Assembly: GCA_016928075.1 (NCBI GenBank)
Contig: JAFGLJ010000029.1
Coordinates: 4,399 to 68,398, forward strand
Direction of reading: 5' to 3'
Length of the DNA: 64,000 bases
Source of the DNA: Bacteroidales bacterium
GTDB taxonomy: Bacteria > Bacteroidota > Bacteroidia > Bacteroidales > VadinHA17
A program made the position numbers and the translations under genes. Positions 50,866 to 61,162 of this stretch are shown here, piece after piece. A model generated the notes under the pieces. It saw only the letters and a program-made list of their open reading frames with translations, searched no databases and was not told the DNA's origin. Each line of letters opens with the position of its first letter. The stretch's first letter is position 1.

Positions 50866-52101
50866 CTACGAACTTGATGTTTCACTGGCTTTTACAGCTA
50901 GCTTTTCATTTTCGCGCAGTACCCTCATTACGTTACCTCCCCATATCTTTTCTATCTCAGCCCTGGAATAACCGCGCCTGAGCAGTTCAATGGTAATGTT
51001 TTTCATCTGCGACACATCCATGGCACCCTCTATGCCTCCTCCCCCGTCGAAGTCGCTACCTATACCAACATGATCAATTCCAATTAATTGAACGACATGA
51101 TCAATATGATCAACGGCATCTTCAACTGTAGCAAGTTTACGGTATTTCTCCCTTACCTCATAATATTCCCTCCTGGCCATGTTAAATTCCTCCTCTGAAA
51201 GGCCTTCAAAATCATTATATTTCTCCCTTATTTCTGCCAGTTTTTCCTCGAGGACAGGGTTTGGCTCAGGTTGCTTAAGGTAATTACTCAGGATGCATAT
51301 CTGTATTACACCACCATTATCCTTGAGGGCCATCAACATTTCGTCGTCAAGGTTGCGCGGGCTCTCGCACAGTGCCCGACAGGATGAATGAGAAGCAATA
51401 ACAGGGGAGGTGCTTATTTCTATTACATCATAAAATGCCTCATCAGAAATATGGGATACATCAACCATCATCCCCAGCCTGTTCATTTCCTTCACCACTT
51501 TTTCGCCAAATTCAGATAAGCCATTATGCTCAGGACCACGGTCATCTGTAGACGAATCGCATATATCATTATTTCTGGAATGAGAAAGGGTGATATACCT
51601 TGCCCCCAGGTCATAGAATTCTTTCACTTTAGTAAGATCCATGCCAACAGGATAACCATTCTCAATGCCTGTAAATGCAATTCGTTTCCCTGTTTTTTTG
51701 ATACGGTAAGCATCATCAACGGTGTAAGCCCTTTCCGCCATCCCTGAATTTTTCTCTACATTTTCGTGTATTCTCCGGAAGGTCTCAACTGCCCTATTGT
51801 ATGCATCCTTATACCCTTCCGGTGTTCTGGGTCCCTGCCCGATAAACACAGCAAAGAATTCAGCATCAAGGCCTCCTTCCACCATTCTTGGAAAATCGAC
51901 ACAACCATCTTCATTCTCTACCCCAAGATCAAAATCTGACCTCATAAGCCTCATCGGTGTATCACAATGAGTATCAACAGTCAGGACAGCCTTATGGATC
52001 TTATCTGCCTTTTTTGTAATTCTTGCTTCCTCGTCACCGCATGACGAAAGTGCAAATGATATAAGAATTATTACCGAGATAAGGAGATTTCTTTTCATCA
52101 C
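50866..52101 (-). CDS. Membrane dipeptidase (M19), lipoprotein
   Basis: LSS-C lipobox, DTHCD, DVSH, IGSDFDG, IWGGN. Confidence 0.93.
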   Translation of the reverse strand: MMKRNLLISVIILISFALSSCGDEEARITKKADKIHKAVLTVDTHCDTPMRLMRSDFDLGVENEDGCVDFPRMVEGGLDAEFFAVFIGQGPRTPEGYKDAYNRAVETFRRIHENVEKNSGMAERAYTVDDAYRIKKTGKRIAFTGIENGYPVGMDLTKVKEFYDLGARYITLSHSRNNDICDSSTDDRGPEHNGLSEFGEKVVKEMNRLGMMVDVSHISDEAFYDVIEISTSPVIASHSSCRALCESPRNLDDEMLMALKDNGGVIQICILSNYLKQPEPNPVLEEKLAEIREKYNDFEGLSEEEFNMARREYYEVREKYRKLATVEDAVDHIDHVVQLIGIDHVGIGSDFDGGGGIEGAMDVSQMKNITIELLRRGYSRAEIEKIWGGNVMRVLRENEKLAVKASETSSS

Positions 52102-52193
52102 AACATTTTATTTGGTAGAACTTCAAAATTAGATAAAATGCATTCAGGAAAGAAGAAATTGAACTACTGCAGAACAGTTTTTAACAAAGATTA

Positions 52194-52270
52194 ACAAAGA
52201 AGCCCCTGACGTTAAGGTCAGGGGCAGCCATGAAAAGAATGGAAAAATTGCTTTTGGACAGTAAAAAGCA
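52194..52270 (-). repeat. Direct repeat copy 1 (77 bp), sRNA/terminator-like
   Basis: Matches 55209-55284 except one loop substitution and a 1-nt indel; contains GCCCCTGAC-N6-GTCAGGGGC hairpin with a T-rich tail on the minus strand. Confidence 0.95.
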
Positions 52271-52585
52271 CGAAATCTGTTTTCTGATAGGAGAAAGGAT
52301 CAGAAACCTGATCAGTTTTAAGGAGATGCTTTACTGTCTAAGGTTATGATTAATTGTTAAAATGCTGAATCAGTAACAAGAAGGGGACAAAATGATTGGA
52401 TTTTTTTATAGTAAACAGGAGTGATGAACCTATTAATTTTTCATTGACCGTGTGTTATAGGCAAGTCTTTTCAATTATTCTTTTGGCTGGCAATAGTCTT
52501 TTTTACTGCTTCGAGGTGAAGATATGCTATCGATAACTAACGGATGTACAGCAAATGATTTAATATTATTAATTTGAAACTTAAA

Positions 52586-54664
52586 TTACCAGACAAATCT
52601 ACAATTACTTAGTCCTGTTATAGATACACAATTTTTACAGCCGTAGATCTTTGTTATTTTCTTATCTAAAAATCCTCGACTATTATATATAACTGTAGAT
52701 GAGGACTTTTGTAAAGCTTGAAATTCTGGCTTAAGAATAACTTCCCCGGATTTTCTTATAATATTACCATTTTCATCTAAACAAAGGAACTTTTGATTTT
52801 TTGGTTTGCCAAATTCGTAAAGTATGGTTTGAATGGAGTTTCCGGAAACAAGGTCTTTTATACCTACCCAATCAATAAGGGAAGGATTGTAAGGATTGCT
52901 ATAAAATTCCTTTTTTAAAATTTCTATCCCGTACACATTTAATAAGACGGCATAACTCGCACGACCATATGAATCATATTGCAAGACCTCGGTCACGTAT
53001 GAATCTTCTTCAATAATTCTTTTGATCTTAGGAATAACATTCGCGGCAACTTGTGTTTTTGAATCTGCCAGAATTCTTGCAGCTTTGATTCGCATTTCTG
53101 CATCATCAGAATCTAATGTACTTATGTATATATCAATACATCTTGGATTATTCATATCAAGTAAAGCAACTCTTGCTGCTTTTTTTACATTTGAATCAAG
53201 ATCCTCGTTCATTGTAGATATAAGATTCTCCAAAGCTTTCGGGTCATTTATTTCACCTAGAGTTCTTGCTGATCCCTGTCGAATAACAGCATCCTCATGT
53301 TTTAAGGCACTTATTAAAGGATCAACTGCTGACATGTCCAATTCTTTCAATTTATCCCATTTCTGAGCAGCTATTAAGTAGGCAAATTTTTGATCTGGAT
53401 TTTCCGGCACCCACTTTAAAGAATCTAAAACCTTGGTAATTTGTAATCCTGCTGCGGCATTCTCATCATTCAGGGCGGCGATTAATGAATTAATATCTAG
53501 ATAGCCCACACATAAAAGCCCTTCAAATGCATTTTTACTAAGATGCTCTGATTGGGACTTTAAAAAGGGTAATAAATGTAAAACTATATCACCATCTTTC
53601 AGGGCTGTGAGTACATCATCAACATTTGATTCACATAATTCGCGCAGAGAATACATGCTATAAGATTGTACATTAGCATTCTCGTCGTTCATAGCACTAA
53701 TTAGAGGATCAACACATTCGGCAGTCCCGATCTTCCACAGAATAGTTACAATATCTTCTCGGATTTGTGCATCCTTTTCAGTTTCTAATTGAGTTTTTAA
53801 AAAAGGCACAAATTCTTCTCTACTAATTCTTTTTATATTTGGATTTGTAGGACTTAGAATAAATCTAAGGTCTTTATTAGCACGGATTATATCAAATAAA
53901 GATTCCAATGTACTAAGGTTTAGATGATCTGCATTATACATAAGTGAATAAGCGGCTGTCTGACGAACTATATTGTCTTGATCTCCTAAAGCAAAAATTA
54001 ATGGTTGAATATTACGCGGATCAGGAATCAGTCCAAGAGCTTTTGATATACTAAGTCTACAATTAGAATTTTCACTTTTATACAGTAATTTAATCATAGG
54101 TTCAACTGCACGAGTATCTTTTAGCTCGCCAAGTGCTGTTGCAACGCTTGCCTGAGATTCTTTATCATTCTGTAAAATTTCAATCAGTGGCTCGACAGCT
54201 CGGGGATCTTTTAGCTTGCCAAGTGCTGTTGCAACTCTTGTCCGAGAGTCTTTATCATTTTGTAAAATTTTAATTAGTGGTTCGACAGCTCGGGGATCCT
54301 TTATTTCACCAAGAACATTTGCCGCATTTTCTCGAATTTTTTTGTTCTTTCTCATTTCACTTAATAGTATGTCTACTGAGGGTTGACCGATTATTATAAG
54401 TGCTTTCTCTGCGCGCGATGCACGAGTATCATAAAGAGGATCTATATAATCTTTTGTTTTTGCTTTAAATACATCAATTAAAATTTGAACCACTTCAGGA
54501 GTACCAATTCTCCCTAAAGCAAGGGCAGCATCATTTATTTCTCCAATGTCGCAACTGTTTATCAATGAATTTTTTAGTTCTTCAACATCTTTTTCTTGAG
54601 AATACAATGGAGTTAGTATAAAGAAAATGCCAAAGAACACGATAACAAATTTTATGTACCACAT
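52586..54664 (-). CDS. Exported HEAT/PBS-lyase-repeat protein
   Basis: Signal peptide; repeated ALG.IKDPRAVEPLI..L. Confidence 0.88.
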   Translation of the reverse strand: MWYIKFVIVFFGIFFILTPLYSQEKDVEELKNSLINSCDIGEINDAALALGRIGTPEVVQILIDVFKAKTKDYIDPLYDTRASRAEKALIIIGQPSVDILLSEMRKNKKIRENAANVLGEIKDPRAVEPLIKILQNDKDSRTRVATALGKLKDPRAVEPLIEILQNDKESQASVATALGELKDTRAVEPMIKLLYKSENSNCRLSISKALGLIPDPRNIQPLIFALGDQDNIVRQTAAYSLMYNADHLNLSTLESLFDIIRANKDLRFILSPTNPNIKRISREEFVPFLKTQLETEKDAQIREDIVTILWKIGTAECVDPLISAMNDENANVQSYSMYSLRELCESNVDDVLTALKDGDIVLHLLPFLKSQSEHLSKNAFEGLLCVGYLDINSLIAALNDENAAAGLQITKVLDSLKWVPENPDQKFAYLIAAQKWDKLKELDMSAVDPLISALKHEDAVIRQGSARTLGEINDPKALENLISTMNEDLDSNVKKAARVALLDMNNPRCIDIYISTLDSDDAEMRIKAARILADSKTQVAANVIPKIKRIIEEDSYVTEVLQYDSYGRASYAVLLNVYGIEILKKEFYSNPYNPSLIDWVGIKDLVSGNSIQTILYEFGKPKNQKFLCLDENGNIIRKSGEVILKPEFQALQKSSSTVIYNSRGFLDKKITKIYGCKNCVSITGLSNCRFVW

Positions 54665-55208
54665 AATTACCCTCCTTTTCTGTATAAAATAACTGTTAAT
54701 ACATTCGTATGACCAACTAATAAATAGGTCACGAAATTGCCATTTATGATTTGTTAACTTTAAGATAAATTTTTAAGGATTTTAGAATTATTAATCACTA
54801 TATTATCATACTATACTCTTACTTCACAGCAATGTAGATAGATGCACTTTAGGGCTTCCATTTCTTATAAGTAAAGTTAAATCATATTTAAACCAAAGTC
54901 AATTTTATTATAAGCTTAGTGGCTCAGAGTAATTAAGTTATGAAAGTAATTAATACTATACAAACAAGAATCATTGATAGCTATCCTGTCCTTTAAGGTA
55001 TGTCTCGATGCTTCATATCAGGCTAAAATAGAACCAGAGTTTTATTACTTATTTAAAGAAAGTAATTTACGCAATTCTATTCAAATATAGCGACAATCAT
55101 GTTCAAGAAGAGTATCAGAAACTCAGATTCTGAAATTCTCTCATCAGGCATAATTGCTGGAAAAATTATCTGTACCCCGAAGGTATCCCATTTTACTACA
55201 GGATATAT

Positions 55209-55284
55209 ACAAAGAAGCCCCTGACGTTGAGGTCAGGGGCAGCCATGAAAAGAATGGAAAAATTGCTTTTGGACAGTAAAAGCA
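55209..55284 (-). repeat. Direct repeat copy 2 (76 bp)
   Basis: Near-identical to 52194-52270. Confidence 0.95.
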
Positions 55285-55537
55285 TCATTTAAGCCTAAAG
55301 CTTAATAATCTTTTAAACATTACGTTTATCACCATTCTTATATAACATGGTAAAAGTATGAAAAATAAGGCCAAAAAGCAATTATCTGAATTTTAATTCA
55401 ATAAATATCCGCATTTTTTACACCAAAGACTGATAAATGATGGTAAACCAGCGTTTTCAGTATATTAAAGACTTCCCTCTTTAAAAAAATTAATGTCGCG
55501 TCCGGTAAGTAGTAAAAATACTATTTTTGTCCTCATT

Positions 55538-56404
55538 ATGCTCAGAGATAAATTAATCAACTGGTCATTACTTTTTCTATTATCTCTTATCTGGGGAACA
55601 TCATTCATACTTATGAAGAAGGGCCTGAGGTCTTTTGATGCCCTCCAGATTGCTTCTCTTAGGATTTTTATCAGTTATATTTTTCTCCTGCCTGTAGCTA
55701 TTCTTAATATAAGAAAACTAAATCCGGATAACGTGCTGAGCCTGATTATAATAGGGTTGATAGGTAATGCTCTGCCTGCCTTTTTATATCCTTTTGCTCA
55801 AAGGAGAATAGACAGCTCTGTGGCTGGCATGCTCAATTCATTAACTCCTCTTTTTACTTTGTTAACGGGTATACTAATATACAACCGGAAAGCCAGGTTG
55901 AGCCAGGTCGCAGGAATACTTATCGGTTTGGCAGGTGCTGCCGGGTTACTCTACAGGGGTTCTCTTTCATTTAATCCGCTGGGATTGCTTATCGTACTTG
56001 CTACATTTTTCTACGGTATAAGTTCCAACCAGGTAACTCTCATTAAAAATCTTAACGGTATCGTTATTGCTTCACTGGCATTTTTCATTATAGGCCCTTT
56101 TGCCGGTATTTCACTTCTTTTGAGTGACTTCGGGCCAGCGATGGAGACTGAAAACTGGCTGCGCAACCTCGGCTTTATTTCCATATTATCAGTTTTTGGT
56201 TCAGGTATTGCAGTAGGTCTATTTAATATACTTATAATAAGAACATCACCGGTATATGCTGTCTCTGTAACCTACCTGGCCCCCCTGGTGTCAACACTTT
56301 GGGGGTTTGCAGATGGTGAGAATATTACTCTCTTTATGATTATTTCTGTAATTTGTATTCTCGCTGGTGTTTACCTTACGATACAAAGGAAAACCCCGGG
56401 ATAA
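55538..56404 (+). CDS. EamA/DMT transporter
   Basis: LIWGTSFILMK, ~10 TM helices, NSLTPLF. Confidence 0.9.
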   Translation: MLRDKLINWSLLFLLSLIWGTSFILMKKGLRSFDALQIASLRIFISYIFLLPVAILNIRKLNPDNVLSLIIIGLIGNALPAFLYPFAQRRIDSSVAGMLNSLTPLFTLLTGILIYNRKARLSQVAGILIGLAGAAGLLYRGSLSFNPLGLLIVLATFFYGISSNQVTLIKNLNGIVIASLAFFIIGPFAGISLLLSDFGPAMETENWLRNLGFISILSVFGSGIAVGLFNILIIRTSPVYAVSVTYLAPLVSTLWGFADGENITLFMIISVICILAGVYLTIQRKTPG

Positions 56405-56418
56405 ATTAAATATTCAGG

Positions 56419-58029
56419 ATGAAAAACAAGTTATGGTTAGTTTCTTTGCTGGGTGGTTTGTTATGCGGGCTTGCCTGGTATGAAAAGTCTACAGGGCTGG
56501 TAATGCTGTTTGCTCTTGTGCCTTTTCTATATATCTTCAATTACACCAGCAATAAAAATGATCCACACAGCCTGTTATTCCTGAGGGTGCTGCCAGGTTT
56601 CATTTTATATAACATCCTGACTATATCCTGGTTGCGCAATGCAACTATAACAGGTGCATTATATGCAGTTACAGCTAATGCTTTCCTGATGTCAACAGTA
56701 TTCTGGATTGCATCAGTGATTTACAGAAGGTCATCATCGTTCCTGGGATATACCAGCCTCCTGAGTTTCTGGATCATCATGGAACATATAAACACCAGGG
56801 TAAGTATATTAACTCCATGGCTTAATCTCGGCAATGCACTGGGTAACGATATACTCTTTATCCAGTGGTACGATGTAACAGGTATAACAGGAGGCACATT
56901 ATGGATACTCCTTTGTAACCTTTCTCTGTTCTTTCTTATCTTCTCACCAGATAAAACAAAGAGAAACCTCATAAGACAAACAGTTATAATCCTTTTATTG
57001 ATGTTGATTCCTTCATGTTTTTCAGCATGCAAGTATCATAAATATGAACGTATTGGAGAGAAGTCTGAATTTATTATAATCCAGCCCAATATTGATCCTT
57101 ACAATGAGAAATTCAGTGGTTACCCCTTTGAAATGCAATTAAGGGAAATGTTGAGTATTGCTCAAAAGAATATAATTGATGATACTGACTGGATAATACT
57201 TCCTGAAACAGCAGTGGATGATCCTTTCTATGAAGAATACGTGCTTAAGAATAAGTATTACCTGATGATTGATTCTCTGCTTGATGATTACTCCGGAATA
57301 AGCCTGGTTACTGGTGCCACCACAATGAGATCATTTCATGAATCGGACACTAACCTGCCACCGGGAGCTTCCAGAATCGAAGGCAGCAGGGTTTATTATG
57401 AGGTTTATAACAGCGCCATGCAGGTTAATCCGGGTTCAGATGTTCATTTCTATCACAAATCGAAACTTGTTCCAGGAATAGAAAAGAAGATCAGGGCATT
57501 GCCGAAATTTATTAAAGATAAGATAATACCTGACCTGGGAGGCACAATGACAGGTTATGGCTCACAGGATGATAGAACTGTTTTCTTCCACCCTGACAGT
57601 ATTGCAAGGGTTGCCCCGGTTATTTGTTATGAATCAGTTTACGGGGAATTCGTGACAGAATATATCAGGAATGGTTCAAATGTCATAATAATAATTACAA
57701 ATGATGGCTGGTGGGAAAATACTGCCGGGTATAAACAACATCTGATGTTTGCCAGGATCAGGGCTATTGAAAACAGGAGGTCGATAGCCAGAGCAGCCAA
57801 CACAGGCATTTCATGCTTTATCGATCAGAAAGGCAGGATAATAAAACAGTTAGGCTGGTGGGAAAAAGGGGTTTTGAGTCAATCTTTAAGCCTTAATAAC
57901 AAAATGACTTTTTACTCCTCGAATGGGGATTATATATCAAGGTATGTAAGTATCTTCGGAGTATTCATACTTATAATAACATTCATAGCAGCACCAATAA
58001 GGAAATTGCGAGACCCTTATATTTTTTAA
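56419..58029 (+). CDS. lnt: Apolipoprotein N-acyltransferase
   Basis: QPNIDP, PETA, KSKLVP, ICYES, TNDGWW, RAIENRR, AANTGIS. Confidence 0.93.
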   Translation: MKNKLWLVSLLGGLLCGLAWYEKSTGLVMLFALVPFLYIFNYTSNKNDPHSLLFLRVLPGFILYNILTISWLRNATITGALYAVTANAFLMSTVFWIASVIYRRSSSFLGYTSLLSFWIIMEHINTRVSILTPWLNLGNALGNDILFIQWYDVTGITGGTLWILLCNLSLFFLIFSPDKTKRNLIRQTVIILLLMLIPSCFSACKYHKYERIGEKSEFIIIQPNIDPYNEKFSGYPFEMQLREMLSIAQKNIIDDTDWIILPETAVDDPFYEEYVLKNKYYLMIDSLLDDYSGISLVTGATTMRSFHESDTNLPPGASRIEGSRVYYEVYNSAMQVNPGSDVHFYHKSKLVPGIEKKIRALPKFIKDKIIPDLGGTMTGYGSQDDRTVFFHPDSIARVAPVICYESVYGEFVTEYIRNGSNVIIIITNDGWWENTAGYKQHLMFARIRAIENRRSIARAANTGISCFIDQKGRIIKQLGWWEKGVLSQSLSLNNKMTFYSSNGDYISRYVSIFGVFILIITFIAAPIRKLRDPYIF

Positions 58030-58035
58030 TAAATA

Positions 58036-58064
58036 ATATGCAACCCGGACGTAATGTTCTTGTC
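58036..58064 (+). promoter_or_regulatory. Putative ECF promoter
   Basis: ATATGCAAC-N15-TTGTC; both boxes and the spacing recur at 60270-60298. Confidence 0.7.
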
Positions 58065-58087
58065 ATTTAGTATGTGATAATAATTCC

Positions 58088-58648
58088 GTGACCCAGGAAC
58101 AGACTAAAATAGACTTTACTGTAATAGAGGCCTGTAGGAAAGGTAACAGGCTCGCACAGTACACCCTCTACAATCAATATTCAAGAGCAATGTATAACCT
58201 GGCTTACAGGATGATGAATAATAAAGAAGATGCTGAGGACATGTTGCAGGATGCTTTTACAGATGCTTTTACCAAGCTCGGTTCTTTCAGGTATGAATCA
58301 ACATTTGGTGCATGGCTTAAAACAATACTAATAAATAAATGCATTAACCAGCTCAGGAAAAAGAAAGTGGAAATGGTAACTGAAGATATCCCTGAGAACT
58401 TAAATGATAATATTGACGATTCGGAATTGACTTTCCATGGCGACATTCAGAAGGTATTCAGAGCTATTGAGAAACTACCCGATGGTTACAGGATTGTCTT
58501 TACCCTTTACCTGCTTGAAGGATATGACCATTCAGAAATCGGGGATATCCTTGGAATATCAGAGTCAACATCAAAAACACAGTATCACAGGGCAAAAATA
58601 AAGTTAAAAAAAATACTTGCAGAGGAGGATCTGAAATGGACAAACTAG
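58088..58648 (+). CDS. ECF sigma-70 factor
   Basis: AEDMLQDAF, TFGAWLK, LPDGYRIVF..EGYDHSEI. Confidence 0.93.
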   Translation: MTQEQTKIDFTVIEACRKGNRLAQYTLYNQYSRAMYNLAYRMMNNKEDAEDMLQDAFTDAFTKLGSFRYESTFGAWLKTILINKCINQLRKKKVEMVTEDIPENLNDNIDDSELTFHGDIQKVFRAIEKLPDGYRIVFTLYLLEGYDHSEIGDILGISESTSKTQYHRAKIKLKKILAEEDLKWTN

Positions 58649-59178
58649 AGAAATACATACTTGACAACAGGGATGACCTTGACAGGTACAATCCCGATAG
58701 TTCAGTCTGGGAAAACATAGAAAAGAACACAGGTAAGAAGAAACCATCATTCCGTAAAATCTTTTCCAGGGCTGCTATAGTGGTGTTAATTACAGGCCTT
58801 TCTTTCGTGGCATATTTTTATTTTACAACAACTTCACAAACTGATAATGCCGGATCTACTGACGGATACCTGCCCTCACATCTCAGGGAAACCGAATTAT
58901 ATTACTCTATAAAAGTGAACTCTCTTCTTGAGAAGACAAAGCCCCTTCTTACTGATAAACCGGATCTGGAAGAAGAATTGATGAAAGATATTTCTGTGCT
59001 CGACAGTATATGCATCCACATTAAGAATGACCTGAAAGATAATATAAGTAACCAGGAAGTAATAGAAGCCCTGATACTTAATTACCGTATTAAAGTTGAT
59101 ATACTCGAAGAAATGTTGGCTGTTCTTGAAGAGAAAGAAAACCGGAATCCTAAAAATAGTCCATACCATGAATTATAG
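58636..59178 (+). CDS. Putative anti-sigma factor
   Basis: MDKLEKYI..D..P...WENIE N-terminus, single TM, overlaps the sigma stop. Confidence 0.75.
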   Translation: MDKLEKYILDNRDDLDRYNPDSSVWENIEKNTGKKKPSFRKIFSRAAIVVLITGLSFVAYFYFTTTSQTDNAGSTDGYLPSHLRETELYYSIKVNSLLEKTKPLLTDKPDLEEELMKDISVLDSICIHIKNDLKDNISNQEVIEALILNYRIKVDILEEMLAVLEEKENRNPKNSPYHEL

Positions 59179-60256
59179 AAATATTATATTAAAGTGTATT
59201 ATGGCATTTATGATCTGTGGCCCCACACTTAATGCACAACCAGTAACAGAAACAAGGTCGATGGAAAAATCATTCGCCCTGACTGGCGAAATGAGACTTG
59301 AGGTAATTAATAAATACGGTAAAGTACACCTCGCCCCGTCACCTGATGACTCAGTTCATATCCATGTTGAAATGAAGGCAAGCGCAAAAAATCCCTCCAG
59401 GCTTCGCAAACTAACAGATGGTATTTCCTTCAACCTTTCCTCAACCAATTATTTTATTATTGCTGAAACAAATTTTAACAGGGGGCCTGCAGATGTTTTG
59501 GAAAGCCTTAGAATTATTACTAATAATTTAATATCGACTGAAAGTAAGATAGAAATTGATTATTACGCCAGGATACCAGGAAGTATTAAGGTTAAGATTG
59601 ATAACAGGTATGGTGACATATACCTTGAAAGCCTGGAAAACGATTTAAATATTTACCATTCAAACGGATCACTTAAATCTGAGGAATTAACCGGAGATAA
59701 TTATTTTGTTCTTAATTTTTCTGATGCCACTTTCAAGTCATTAAAGAAATCACGCATTGATATTAATTATTCTGATCTCAGAATTGACTATGCTGAAGAG
59801 CTAATGATAACCAGTGTTTCATCAAAGTTATATGCCGGCACCATAGTAAGCCTTGATACGGACTCAAAAAGAGATAAATATACCATAGATAAAATCAGCA
59901 CATTTGATGCTGTGAGTTATTTCAGCTCATTCAATATATATGAATTGTACAATACCATGAAATGTAATACACGTTACGGGAACGTGGATATCAATAAAAT
60001 GGACACTGATTTCAGCCTGCTTTCCCTGGAAACATCCTTTACAGATGTCAGGATAGTAACTCCACCAGGATCATCTTTCAATATCGACATTAAACTGGAT
60101 GATTGCCCGGCAGTGATACCATCAGAATTGCAGCTGGAAGAAACAATCCTGGATGCCGAAAATAATCAATACCTTTATCAGGGCATTATAGGGGACAAAA
60201 ATACCCGATCAAGGATAATACTTAATCTGACCAAAGGTAACCTGTCGCTATATTGA
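59168..60256 (+). CDS. Exported DUF4097/adhesin-like beta-solenoid protein
   Basis: Signal peptide; NKYGKV, NRYGDI, TRYGNV repeats. Confidence 0.65.
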   Translation: MNYRNIILKCIMAFMICGPTLNAQPVTETRSMEKSFALTGEMRLEVINKYGKVHLAPSPDDSVHIHVEMKASAKNPSRLRKLTDGISFNLSSTNYFIIAETNFNRGPADVLESLRIITNNLISTESKIEIDYYARIPGSIKVKIDNRYGDIYLESLENDLNIYHSNGSLKSEELTGDNYFVLNFSDATFKSLKKSRIDINYSDLRIDYAEELMITSVSSKLYAGTIVSLDTDSKRDKYTIDKISTFDAVSYFSSFNIYELYNTMKCNTRYGNVDINKMDTDFSLLSLETSFTDVRIVTPPGSSFNIDIKLDDCPAVIPSELQLEETILDAENNQYLYQGIIGDKNTRSRIILNLTKGNLSLY

Positions 60257-60269
60257 TTTTCCAAATCAA

Positions 60270-60298
60270 ATATGCAACTTAAAGAAATTGCAGTTGTC
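60270..60298 (+). promoter_or_regulatory. Putative ECF promoter (second copy)
   Basis: ATATGCAAC-N15-TTGTC. Confidence 0.7.
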
Positions 60299-60320
60299 TT
60301 TTAATAAAAACAAACTCTAA

Positions 60321-61115
60321 ATGAAAATGAGAGCATCAAAACTTATAATTGCAACGCTTATTATCAACATAATAGCTGGTTTCAGCTCATGCATCATTAA
60401 TGTTTTTTGCATTGATGGTAATGGAATAATAGAGTCAGAAGAAAGATCAAGTCCCGATTTTTCAAAGATCACAAATACAACTTCGGCTGAAGTGATTCTT
60501 ACAACCGGAGAACAAACCGGTATAGTAATTGAAACCGATGGCAATCTTTTACAATATTACCGAACGTCAGTCAGCAGTAATACACTCGTTATTGAGACCA
60601 GGGGAGCCAACTGCATACGCCCATCATCTAAACCGGTTATTTATATCACCGCGGAAAATATCGATGGTATTTCAATAACAGGATCAGGTGATTTATTTGC
60701 CGATAATATGCTGGGCAATAATATCGAGTTAAAATCTTCAGGCTCGGGTAACATGTTTATCGATTATGCCGAAGGGAATGACATTGAAATAAAAATCAGT
60801 GGTTCTGGTGATATTGCGGTATACGACTCATGGTCAGATGCTGTGGAAGCAAGACTTTCAGGATCCGGTGATCTGTCTATCAGTGGTGAATCGGCTTCAG
60901 CCAATTTCACGTTATCAGGATCCGGTGAATGCTTTGCCGGTGAACTCCTGGTTAGTGTATCCAATATACTTATATCAGGGTCCGGTGATGCATACACGAA
61001 TGTCAGTGATGAACTTATAGCTTCAATTTCAGGGAGTGGTAATATATATTACAAAGGCAATCCCGAAATATATAGTAACATCACAGGCAGTGGCAGGATA
61101 ATCAAGCTTTATTGA
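60321..61115 (+). CDS. DUF2807 (GIN head domain) lipoprotein
   Basis: FSS-C lipobox; repeated SGSGD motifs. Confidence 0.85.
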   Translation: MKMRASKLIIATLIINIIAGFSSCIINVFCIDGNGIIESEERSSPDFSKITNTTSAEVILTTGEQTGIVIETDGNLLQYYRTSVSSNTLVIETRGANCIRPSSKPVIYITAENIDGISITGSGDLFADNMLGNNIELKSSGSGNMFIDYAEGNDIEIKISGSGDIAVYDSWSDAVEARLSGSGDLSISGESASANFTLSGSGECFAGELLVSVSNILISGSGDAYTNVSDELIASISGSGNIYYKGNPEIYSNITGSGRIIKLY

Positions 61116-61162
61116 CCACAATTGTTTTCGTATTCTTTATTCGCGGAAAACATTATATAATC

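Noticed and set aside
52448-52475. attC-like half site (TTGCCTATAAC on the minus strand)
   Set aside because: No matching complementary half, no array and no integrase; at most a remnant
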